Source: a virus
Lineage: Duplodnaviria > Caudoviricetes
Length of the DNA: 45,549 nt
IMG/VR virus record: IMGVR_UViG_3300022895_000224
Span: 1 to 45,549 of that record
Reading direction: 5' to 3' (one strand)
The position numbers and the translations under genes were made by a program. Every line of letters begins with the position of its first letter. Position 1 is the stretch's first letter. The notes beneath the pieces were generated by a model. That model ran no database searches, was not told the DNA's origin, and worked only from the letters and a program-made list of their open reading frames with translations. Shown in pieces: positions 1-7,728 of this stretch.

Positions 1-570
1 TTATTTTTCACCTTTGATTGTACGAAGTGCCAGCAAGTAAGCTTTTGCCATCTCAATTTCTTCTTGTGTTGCTGGTTCAGTACCTAAATTAAGGTAATCT
101 TTAGGTATTTTCTTTTCAACAATGTATCCAGAACTTGGTTCGTTTACAAAAGATGGACTAGATTCGGAAAGAGGGTAACTATTCTCACGAGCATTCATAA
201 GGATCTCATATTCATTTAGCACACTTACTGGGGCTTCTTTTCCGTATCTTTCTACTGAATCAATGATAGTTTCTTCTCTGTGCTTGAATAACTCTTCTTC
301 CGAGTAATCATAAATTTTTGATAAGACAAGGAGCATATTTGGTGAAGGCATTCGTTTAGCACGTTCACATAGACTGATAGCTTGCGCTGAGAAGCCACTT
401 CGGTTAGCAACTTCACCAAGTGTTAATTTTTTAAGATTACGAAGCAATTTAAGTTTGTCACCTATGATAGGGCTGATTAAGAATACTCTATCGATAATAG
501 GGATTTCATCATCTTTTATTTCTATTGGAGTATTAATTTCTATATTTTGATCTCTTTTATTCTTTGGCAT
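1..570 (-). CDS. XRE/Cro-CI family HTH repressor (cI/ImmR-like)
   Basis: HTH_3 motif IGDKLKLLRNLKKLTLGEVANRSGFSAQAISLCERAKRMPS; divergent from early genes; likely ATG at 570 (AAAAGGTG RBS) rather than GTG at 579; no S24 peptidase domain visible. Confidence 0.85.
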   Translation of the reverse strand: MPKNKRDQNIEINTPIEIKDDEIPIIDRVFLISPIIGDKLKLLRNLKKLTLGEVANRSGFSAQAISLCERAKRMPSPNMLLVLSKIYDYSEEELFKHREETIIDSVERYGKEAPVSVLNEYEILMNARENSYPLSESSPSFVNEPSSGYIVEKKIPKDYLNLGTEPATQEEIEMAKAYLLALRTIKGEK

Positions 571-617
571 AAGATTCACCTTTTCTATTAAAATTTTTTA
601 AAAATGTAAATAAATAC

Positions 618-646
618 TTGATTTATAAACCAAGAGTTGATAATAT
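618..646 (+). promoter_or_regulatory. Early rightward sigma-A promoter overlapped by an operator
   Basis: TTGATT(618-623)-N17-TAATAT(641-646) with extended -10 TG; operator TAAAC-CAAGA-GTTGA (626-640) lies in the spacer. Confidence 0.7.
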
Positions 647-761
647 GGGAAATACAAACAAGCATTACACTGGACTAAAGCAATTTAGGCACTTGATTTT
701 TCTAATAATCTTCTGCTCTGTCCACAAATGTTCTAGTTTGGTTATATTTTTACCTCTTTAT

Positions 762-812
762 TAAACTGCTGGTTTATATACTTTTATATCCGGTTTATAA
801 ACTATTGGTTTA
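762..812. promoter_or_regulatory. Two palindromic operators TAAAC-N5-GTTTA
   Basis: TAAAC-TGCTG-GTTTA (762-776) and TAAAC-TATTG-GTTTA (798-812), plus a half-site GTTTA at 793-797. Confidence 0.75.
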
Positions 813-847
813 GGTCTATTCCAAAATAAAAGGAGGCGAGTGCCACC

Positions 848-1042
848 ATGTTACCTATCGATATGGAAATCGTTACAATTGTCTCTAATTTACCAAAGAA
901 GATTAGTCAGTTATCAAAACTTGATCCTGCAGCCGCAATCGACATAATGCAATCGTGGGGTGACGGTAAAAAAGATGTTAAAAGACTTTGGAAAGAAACA
1001 AATGATTTACTCGATGCGCCAACATCAAGTGAATCAGCATAA
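848..1042 (+). CDS. First early gene, hypothetical 64 aa
   Basis: Strong RBS AAAGGAGG upstream; no HTH recognised. Confidence 0.75.
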   Translation: MLPIDMEIVTIVSNLPKKISQLSKLDPAAAIDIMQSWGDGKKDVKRLWKETNDLLDAPTSSESA

Positions 1043-1083
1043 CTTATAGGCAACAAAAGTAAGAGCTTGTTGACTATAATCAA

Positions 1084-1098
1084 TAAACTAATTGTTTA
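1084..1098. promoter_or_regulatory. Operator TAAAC-TAATT-GTTTA
   Basis: Same palindrome as the 626/762/798 sites. Confidence 0.7.
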
Positions 1099-1199
1099 CA
1101 TTCTAACAGATTTTAGGCTTTAATTTCAAGGTTTTTATGTATTTTTTTAAAATAACTAACTTAAATAAACCTAAAACACAAAGAAAGCCAGGTGCTGCT

Positions 1200-1391
1200 A
1201 TGCAGAAATACGCTACTTTTATGTCCGCCATTCTTACTGCAGGGGATGTTTGTCGAGTATCACAAGATGTACGAAACTTAAGAGCCGAAGGTGATGATCT
1301 AGAAGCGAAAGTAAGGATACTAAGGCAAACAAAACCAAAACATCGTGCATTCATCAGGATGGCTGCTAAGTTAGAAAAGTCCACTGTTTAA
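1200..1391 (+). CDS. Hypothetical small basic protein (63 aa)
   Basis: ORF 1137..1391; more likely ATG at 1200 after AGGTG. Confidence 0.55.
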   Translation: MQKYATFMSAILTAGDVCRVSQDVRNLRAEGDDLEAKVRILRQTKPKHRAFIRMAAKLEKSTV

Positions 1392-1537
1392 ATAGATTGC
1401 GAGACACTGTTCTCGCTTTGGTAACTTTAAAAGGTAGAGTTCCCAGAGCGGTAACAGATATCGCAGGGCTATCAATAGCTCGCAAGGAAATGGACTAGAA
1501 ATACCTTGCATTATTAAAAACGAGGAGGAAACATTTC

Positions 1538-1801
1538 ATGAAATCAACAGGTATCACACGTAAAGTAGACGAGCTAGGACGCGTTGTAATTCCAAAGGAG
1601 CTTCGCGATAATTTGGAAATCAAAGAGAAGGATCCATTAGAAATCTTCACTGAAGGTGGCAACATCATTCTTCGTAAATACGAGCCAGTAAGTGAGAGCA
1701 AGATGCGTACTCAGTTTGAGCTAGAAAAGCTGATTGGCGAACTAACAACAGAAGAGCAAAAGCGTGTAATTGAAGATGCTATTAAACTTTTAAAAGGGTA
1801 A
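1538..1801 (+). CDS. abrB: AbrB/SpoVT family transition-state regulator
   Basis: N-terminus MKSTGITRKVDELGRVVIPKELR...I.EKDPLEIF...IILRKY closely follows Bacillus AbrB; GAGGAGG RBS. Confidence 0.9.
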   Translation: MKSTGITRKVDELGRVVIPKELRDNLEIKEKDPLEIFTEGGNIILRKYEPVSESKMRTQFELEKLIGELTTEEQKRVIEDAIKLLKG

Positions 1802-1992
1802 TTGCATATGAAAAACGGAAAACGGAAAACGTTTAACAGTTGCTCAGAGAAAGTATCTCCAGTCACTGAACCTAAATAGTGATAACTGGCTAATCTCAAA
1901 ATGCACTCCTGAAGAGTGGGAGCTAATGCATCGATATACAGGACAAGCCAAAGTAATACCTGCACCATAAAACTGTATAGGAGGACAAGCTT

Positions 1993-2406
1993 ATGAATGA
2001 TTTACAAATCAACACCCAAATTCAACAATCTGAAGCTAACGGTTTATATCAGCAAATCGAAGATATCAAGCGTAAACGTGCAAATCTAAAAGATGAACAG
2101 GACAAGCTTGAAGCTAAGTTGTTTGATCACATTCAAAAGCACGGAAAAGTACTAGCATACAAGAATGACATGCCTTATGTACTGACTGTAGGAAATGTCA
2201 CAAAAAGTGTGCTGAATAAAAAGGAGCTTGCTGAAGAACTTGAGGTTCCGCAAAAAGATTTGAACACTCAAGGTATTGCTGAACTTGTTGAAGAACAACG
2301 TCTCACTAGTGATATGATTCGTTCAGCTACCTATAGTGAATCGGATTTGAAGTTAAAAGCTCGTAAAGCTAAAAAGTCTGATATTGAATTAATCTTTGGA
2401 AGGTAG
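1993..2406 (+). CDS. Hypothetical phage protein, N-terminal coiled coil
   Basis: GGAGG RBS, 137 aa ORF. Confidence 0.8.
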   Translation: MNDLQINTQIQQSEANGLYQQIEDIKRKRANLKDEQDKLEAKLFDHIQKHGKVLAYKNDMPYVLTVGNVTKSVLNKKELAEELEVPQKDLNTQGIAELVEEQRLTSDMIRSATYSESDLKLKARKAKKSDIELIFGR

Positions 2407-2414
2407 GTGGGAAG

Positions 2415-2612
2415 ATGAATCCAAAAGCACCAACTGATATGTTTGGTAAAGAGATTAAAGAGGGTGATGCTTACTTCATAGTAAATGATAAAGCAATCCA
2501 TCTCGACTCAATCGAAGATTATTTTATTGAGGTATTGGGCGCAACAGTCCATGAACGTAAAAAATCGCTAACTGCTGGAACAGTTAACGATCACTACAAA
2601 TCACACCAATGA
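2415..2612 (+). CDS. YqaI-like small phage protein
   Basis: D.FG.EI..GD.YF pattern typical of YqaI-like skin/phage proteins. Confidence 0.55.
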   Translation: MNPKAPTDMFGKEIKEGDAYFIVNDKAIHLDSIEDYFIEVLGATVHERKKSLTAGTVNDHYKSHQ

Positions 2613-2630
2613 TTCAGTGCTATTGTAGCA
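2559..2630 (-). ncRNA. Candidate short antisense sRNA unit (extended -10 promoter plus intrinsic terminator)
   Basis: Minus-strand TGcTACAAT (2630-2622); hairpin TCGTTAACTG-ttccag-CAGTTAGCGA followed by TTTTTT; the one imperfect pair is G-U only on the minus strand. Confidence 0.5.
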
Positions 2631-2650
2631 CAAAAGGAGAGAAAACAAAA

Positions 2651-3214
2651 ATGAAAATTGAAGTTACCCATGTTATTAAAGCAGATTCACAGATTATAAG
2701 TTTATTTAGTGCATTCCTTGAAGCAATCGGTAGTCAATCGCAAGATATTAAAGTAGCTGATGCAGTTGAGATTACAAAAACTCCAGATGTTTCTACAAAT
2801 AAAGATTCGTCAACCAAAGCAACCAAACGAACGTACCTTTTCCATGAAGAATCAGGTGCTGTTCTTGAAATAAATAAAGGAGAAGAATTAACTAAGCACC
2901 TTGATCAAGGTCTAGTAGAAATCTCTAAAGCTGAATATGATCGAATCCAAGCTGAAAAACAGGCTCGTATTGATAAAGCAAAAGATCAAGCTGAAGCTGA
3001 AGCCACAGAACAGTCTAACAAAGAAGAGTCTGTTGACCACGGTATTACGATTGAAATGGTTCGAGCTGAAGCTAAAAAGTTAACTTCAAATGGACGTCAG
3101 GCTGAATTCAAAGCAATTCTAACTTCTTTTGATGCGCCTAAGCTTACAGCTGTGCCTGAAGCTTCGTTCCCTGAATTATTAACAGCAATTAAGGAAGCTG
3201 TAGGTGAAGAGTAA
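2651..3214 (+). CDS. Hypothetical protein of the family usually found upstream of DUF2800
   Basis: C-terminal ITIEMVRA...FKAILTSFDAPKLTAVPEASFPELL motif; likely ATG at 2651 after AAAGGAG. Confidence 0.75.
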   Translation: MKIEVTHVIKADSQIISLFSAFLEAIGSQSQDIKVADAVEITKTPDVSTNKDSSTKATKRTYLFHEESGAVLEINKGEELTKHLDQGLVEISKAEYDRIQAEKQARIDKAKDQAEAEATEQSNKEESVDHGITIEMVRAEAKKLTSNGRQAEFKAILTSFDAPKLTAVPEASFPELLTAIKEAVGEE

Positions 3215-4464
3215 TGACAGGACATAGCGAACGTGCCCATGCACTATTAAGTGCCTCAGGATCAAAGCGCTGGTTAACATGTACACCCTCTGTAAGAGCC
3301 GAAGGGTTGTACATGCAAGAGTTAATCAATCAAGGGATTTCTGAACAAGAAAGTCCATTTGCTGAAGAAGGTACGCAAGCCCATGAATACAGTGAGATCA
3401 TTTTAGAACGTGAACTTGGGACAATCACAAAAGCACAAGCAACTAGACGGATCAACAAGTTCAAAAAGGAAAAGCAGTTCTACGGTCCAGAGATGGAGGA
3501 TATGGTTGAAGTCTATACGGACTTTGTCATGGAACGTGTGAACGCTGCACGGTTAGAAACACCAGATGCACTTGTGCTAATTGAACAGCGACTTGATTTC
3601 AGTCAGTGGGTACCTAAAGGGTTTGGTACTGGAGATGTTCTTATCGTACGAGATGGAGTTTTAGAGATTATCGATTTGAAATACGGTAAAGGTGTACCAG
3701 TAGATGCTTATGAAAATCCTCAGTTAAAGTTATATGCTCTTGGTGCCATAACAGCTCATGATGTGTTGTATGACATTCAGGAGGTACACATGACAATTGT
3801 ACAACCGAGACTAGACAACATCTCGACTTTCGAAATGTCAGCTGATGATTTATATAAATGGGCTAATGAAGAGGTAAAGCCTAAAGCTGAAATGGCTGAT
3901 AACGGTGATGGTGATTATGTACCTGGTGAACATTGTCGATTCTGTAAGATCAAATCTAGTTGCCGTGCTAGAGCCGATGAAGCACTTGAAACAGCCAAAG
4001 CTGAGTTTGCTGAAGATGGTTCTATTGAACTTGATACACCTGAACCAGCAACACTCACAGATGCTGAATTAGCTGAAATCCTATTCGTGGTCGATGATAT
4101 TGAAAAATGGTGTAAGGACATTAAAGCTTTTGCATTGGACCAAGCACTTAACGGGACAAGCTACGAAGGATTTAAACTAGTTGAAGGTCGTAGCAATCGG
4201 GCCATTACCGATGAAGCAAAAGCAATTGAATTGCTACTTGAAAAAGGTGGAGTTAAAGAAGATGACTTATACGCTCCACGAAAACTTGAAACAATCACAA
4301 ACCTAGAAAAGAAAGTCGGCAAAAAAGCTTTTGCTGAGATCTTAGAAGGCGTAATTGTAAAACCACCAGGTAAGCCAGTACTTGTTACTGAAGATGATAA
4401 GCGTCCATCTATTCAATCAGCTGAATCAGCTACTAATGATTTTGCTGACGATTTACTTGGTTAA
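3214..4464 (+). CDS. DUF2800 family PD-(D/E)xK (Cas4-like) nuclease
   Basis: HALLSAS...RWLTC, EEGT.AHE, GFGTGD, IIDLKYGKG, QL.LYALG, HCRFCK..C. Confidence 0.9.
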   Translation: MTGHSERAHALLSASGSKRWLTCTPSVRAEGLYMQELINQGISEQESPFAEEGTQAHEYSEIILERELGTITKAQATRRINKFKKEKQFYGPEMEDMVEVYTDFVMERVNAARLETPDALVLIEQRLDFSQWVPKGFGTGDVLIVRDGVLEIIDLKYGKGVPVDAYENPQLKLYALGAITAHDVLYDIQEVHMTIVQPRLDNISTFEMSADDLYKWANEEVKPKAEMADNGDGDYVPGEHCRFCKIKSSCRARADEALETAKAEFAEDGSIELDTPEPATLTDAELAEILFVVDDIEKWCKDIKAFALDQALNGTSYEGFKLVEGRSNRAITDEAKAIELLLEKGGVKEDDLYAPRKLETITNLEKKVGKKAFAEILEGVIVKPPGKPVLVTEDDKRPSIQSAESATNDFADDLLG

Positions 4465-4468
4465 TTCG

Positions 4469-4513
4469 TAAACCGATGGTTTATAAAAAGGTTGATTGAA
4501 AACAGTTGGTTGA
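4469..4513. promoter_or_regulatory. Two operators upstream of the LexA-like gene
   Basis: TAAAC-CGATG-GTTTA (4469-4483) and AAAAC-AGTTG-GTTGA (4499-4513). Confidence 0.65.
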
Positions 4514-4533
4514 TAAAAAGAGAGGTGACAGGC

Positions 4534-4776
4534 ATGAATACAACAGCAAAGGGCTTAGGTGATCGTAAAAGACAAATCATCCTATTCATACACGATTTTA
4601 GACAACAAAATACGTTTGCACCTACAGTGCGAGAGATTGCAGAAGGTGTCAGCCTCTCTTCCGTATCAACTGTACAAAGACATTTAATTAACTTAGTTGA
4701 AAAAGGTTATATCGAAATGGAACAGCAAAAACCTCGTACCATTCGATTAACTGAAAAAGCATTACAAGACTTTTAG
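4534..4776 (+). CDS. Stand-alone LexA-type winged-helix DNA-binding domain
   Basis: RKRQIILFI...APTVREIAEGVSLSSVSTVQRHL..LVEKGYI.....PRTIRL matches the LexA N-terminal domain; no protease domain; ATG at 4534 after GAGGTG. Confidence 0.85.
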   Translation: MNTTAKGLGDRKRQIILFIHDFRQQNTFAPTVREIAEGVSLSSVSTVQRHLINLVEKGYIEMEQQKPRTIRLTEKALQDF

Positions 4777-4788
4777 GAGGGTTAACAG

Positions 4789-5463
4789 ATGGGTGATATT
4801 GCAGATTGGCATATCGAGCAGTATACAAGTGGACGGTGGGCAGTTAGCTCTTATCGAACAAAAACAATAAAACCAACATTGGAGGATTTTAAAATGGCAA
4901 AACGTGAAGGTACTAAAGTAATTACTAATGAGGCTCGCATGAGCTATGCAAATGTATGGGAGCCAAAAGCAATTGAAGGAAATGAGCCTAAATATTCTGT
5001 GGCAGTACTTATCCCAAAATCTGATACAGATACAATCAAAAAAATCAATGAAGCAATTGAAGCTGCTAAGCAAGAAGGTAAAGCAAAATGGAATGGTAAG
5101 ATTCCAGGCAACCTTAAAACGCCTTTACGTGATGGCGACGAAGAGCGTCCAGATGATGAAACGTATGCAGGACACTACTTCTTCAATGCAACATCTAAAA
5201 ATAAACCCGGCATCGTGAAAAAGGGTACTGGTGCTGTCGTTGAAATCACAGATGAGGATGAGTTTTACAGTGGTTGCTACGGCAAAGTTTCAGTTAACTT
5301 CTACCCATTCAACGCTAATGGTAATCGCGGTATTGCAGCTGGACTACAAAACTTATTCAAAACTCGTGATGGTGAACGTCTAGCTGGTGGTGCATCTGCT
5401 GAATCTGACTTCGCTGATGAGGTGGACAACGATTTTAATGAAGACGAGGATTTACTCGACTAA
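4789..5463 (+). CDS. DUF2815 family single-stranded DNA-binding protein
   Basis: RMSYANVWEP, KYSV.VLIPK, LRDGD, FYSGCYG, GL.N...RDGERL.G and an acidic tail; second in-frame RBS+ATG at 4894. Confidence 0.88.
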   Translation: MGDIADWHIEQYTSGRWAVSSYRTKTIKPTLEDFKMAKREGTKVITNEARMSYANVWEPKAIEGNEPKYSVAVLIPKSDTDTIKKINEAIEAAKQEGKAKWNGKIPGNLKTPLRDGDEERPDDETYAGHYFFNATSKNKPGIVKKGTGAVVEITDEDEFYSGCYGKVSVNFYPFNANGNRGIAAGLQNLFKTRDGERLAGGASAESDFADEVDNDFNEDEDLLD

Positions 5464-5473
5464 AACTGCATAA

Positions 5474-5503
5474 GGAAGGTCTATTTTTAGGCCTTCCCTT
5501 CTT
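5474..5503 (+). terminator. Probable intrinsic terminator
   Basis: GGAAGGTCTA-tttt-TAGGCCTTCC followed by CTTCTTT. Confidence 0.55.
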
Positions 5504-5575
5504 TATACCTAAAACACCTATTTAATAGGAAGAAATACAAGTTTTTAGGTGTAACGAAGGGAAGGAGGAAACAAT

Positions 5576-6850
5576 TTGAGGTTACATCGTAATCGAATTA
5601 GAAAAGCAGATGTAAATGAAATAGTTATCGACAACTTTGCTGGTGGAGGAGGAGCAAGTACAGGTTTTGAGATGGCAACAGGAAGAAGTGTAAATATCGC
5701 AGTTAATCACGACATAGCAGCTATTGAGATGCACAAAGCGAATCATCCGGACACTGAACACTATCAAGAAAATGTATTTGCTGTTAATCCAGTTGAAGCT
5801 ACAAAAGGTCGACAGATAGGGCTATTTTGGCTCAGCCCTGACTGCACACATCATAGTAAAGCTAAAGGTGGTAAGCCTGTAGAACAACAAATAAGAGCAC
5901 TAGCTTGGCTTGCTATTCAATGGGTAGTCGCACTTTATAAAACAAATTGTCACCCACGAGTAATTATGTTGGAAAATGTACCAGAGTTTGCAGATTGGGG
6001 ACCCTTAAAAGATGGAAAACCAGATAAAGAATTAAAAGGCGAAACTTTTAAAAGCTTCGTTAAATCCTTAGAGGTTTTCGGATATGAAGTGGAATGGAAA
6101 GAACTTGTTGCGTGTGATTATGGAGCGCCAACAAGTAGAAAACGATTCTTCTTAGTTGCTCGATGTGATAGTGAGGCAATCGTTTGGCCTGAACCTACAC
6201 ACGGAGATCCTGAAAGTTTAGCAATAAAATCAGGGAAATTAAAACCTTGGAGAGTAACTGCTGAAATCTTGGATTGGAGTTTGCCTGTCCCAAGTATATT
6301 TGACCGCAAAAAGCCTTTAGTACCAAATACCTTAAACCGTATTGAAAAAGGGTTATATAAGTTTGTTATTAATGCAGATGACCCGTATATGGTCAGTGAG
6401 GATATAGCTGCATATTTAATCAGTTATTATACAGAACGCACTGAAAATGAAGTAAGAGGATTATCACTAAATTCCCCTTTACACACAATAACAGCTGGAG
6501 GTAATCGCTTTGCCGTTGTTTACGCATTCATGACTAAATATTATGGACAAAGCACTGCACAGGGACTAAACGAACCACTTCATACTATTACAACTAAAGA
6601 CCGTTTTGCGCTAACAACTTGTGTAGTAAAAGGTAAGCAAATTATTGATATCGGATTAAGAATGATGCAGCCACATGAATTATTTGCTGCACAAGGCTTC
6701 CCAGATAACTACGTTAGAACTGGCACTAAAGCTGAACAAATACGTAGGGTTGGAAATAGCGTGCCACCTCAATTAGTTGAAGCTTTGGTTCGAGCCAATC
6801 TTCCTGAAATGTGTACAGGTCAGTCAAGATTTAAGAAGGAGGCTATCTAA
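5576..6850 (+). CDS. dcm: Orphan DNA (cytosine-5) methyltransferase
   Basis: Motif I FAGGGG, motif IV SPDC, motif VI ENV, motif VIII RKR, motif X GNSV. Confidence 0.92.
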   Translation: MRLHRNRIRKADVNEIVIDNFAGGGGASTGFEMATGRSVNIAVNHDIAAIEMHKANHPDTEHYQENVFAVNPVEATKGRQIGLFWLSPDCTHHSKAKGGKPVEQQIRALAWLAIQWVVALYKTNCHPRVIMLENVPEFADWGPLKDGKPDKELKGETFKSFVKSLEVFGYEVEWKELVACDYGAPTSRKRFFLVARCDSEAIVWPEPTHGDPESLAIKSGKLKPWRVTAEILDWSLPVPSIFDRKKPLVPNTLNRIEKGLYKFVINADDPYMVSEDIAAYLISYYTERTENEVRGLSLNSPLHTITAGGNRFAVVYAFMTKYYGQSTAQGLNEPLHTITTKDRFALTTCVVKGKQIIDIGLRMMQPHELFAAQGFPDNYVRTGTKAEQIRRVGNSVPPQLVEALVRANLPEMCTGQSRFKKEAI

Positions 6851-7122
6851 TGAAACCAAAGTTTGAAGTAAATCAACGTGCATGGGTGTCAGTCAGAAAC
6901 ACTGTGGAACAATCCAAACCGTACATTACTGAACACATCATTACTCGTATTGAAAAAGGTGGCATTTATGCTAGGCCATTGAATCACTTACACGAACGTC
7001 GCTTTCACTCCAATACACTAACAAGCAAGCACAAAAACAGTAAGTATGAATTTAAGCTATGGGCTAGTGTCGAGGACTTCTGGAAAGCTGTGGAGGAGGG
7101 GATGTATGGTGGCGAAAGCTAA
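6850..7122 (+). CDS. Hypothetical beta-rich protein (paralog of the next gene)
   Basis: AAGGAGG RBS; FEVNQRAWV...ITEH.I...KLW pattern. Confidence 0.75.
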   Translation: MKPKFEVNQRAWVSVRNTVEQSKPYITEHIITRIEKGGIYARPLNHLHERRFHSNTLTSKHKNSKYEFKLWASVEDFWKAVEEGMYGGES

Positions 7123-7510
7123 GAAATATCAGCCCCTAGAAGTTGGTCAGCGAGTTTGGATTGAGCCTGTTGAAAGGTTTTTACGACAAGACAAGCGCTC
7201 AATATCTGAACATGAAATCATCGAAGTAAATAAGACAAGTGCTTATGCGATGCGACTAGAATTAATCGAGAAGCACAAAGACAACTTACTGGAAAAAAAG
7301 TTCTTAGCAGAGCGTATCAATCAACGCTCACATGAAGTGAAGTCCAGTGGTTGGGGTACTCATTATCGTCTGTGGCTCACAAAAGAAGGATTTGAAGCGT
7401 CAGTACAGCATCAGAAAGATTTAAAGATAGCTCGGAAGAAAGCACATGAGCTAGTAAGTAAAATGACTTTGACACAACTTCAAGAATTTTTAGGTGGTGG
7501 GAATAGGTGA
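7106..7510 (+). CDS. Hypothetical beta-rich protein (paralog of the previous gene)
   Basis: ATG at 7106 after GGAGGAGG; LEVGQRVWI...ISEHEI...RLW pattern. Confidence 0.75.
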   Translation: MVAKAKKYQPLEVGQRVWIEPVERFLRQDKRSISEHEIIEVNKTSAYAMRLELIEKHKDNLLEKKFLAERINQRSHEVKSSGWGTHYRLWLTKEGFEASVQHQKDLKIARKKAHELVSKMTLTQLQEFLGGGNR

Positions 7511-7728
7511 ATTTCGAAAAAGGAACAAAAATCAAACATTATAAAGGTGGCCAATATACTGTAATTGGAATAGCTACGGAATCAGAAACAGCTGATGAAG
7601 TGGTTGTCTATCAAAACGATATCGATAAAAAAATTTGGGTCAGACCAATTGATATGTTTTTTGAAGAAGTTCGTTTTAAGGGAAGATGGGTTAAACGTTT
7701 TGAAGTTATTGAAGGTGATTCAGAATGA
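7507..7728 (+). CDS. DUF1653 family protein
   Basis: KHYKGG.Y.V.GIA..SET...VVVYQ....IWVRP..MF.E......RF signature. Confidence 0.9.
   Translation: MNFEKGTKIKHYKGGQYTVIGIATESETADEVVVYQNDIDKKIWVRPIDMFFEEVRFKGRWVKRFEVIEGDSE

Noticed and set aside
1895-1975. Hammerhead ribozyme suggested by CTGAAGAG at about 1909
   Set aside because: Stem II is poor, GAAA is replaced by GATA, and I cannot build stems I and III; at best a decayed remnant
3214-4464. CRISPR-Cas association of the Cas4-like nuclease
   Set aside because: No repeat-spacer array or other cas genes seen; DUF2800 is a standard member of this replication module
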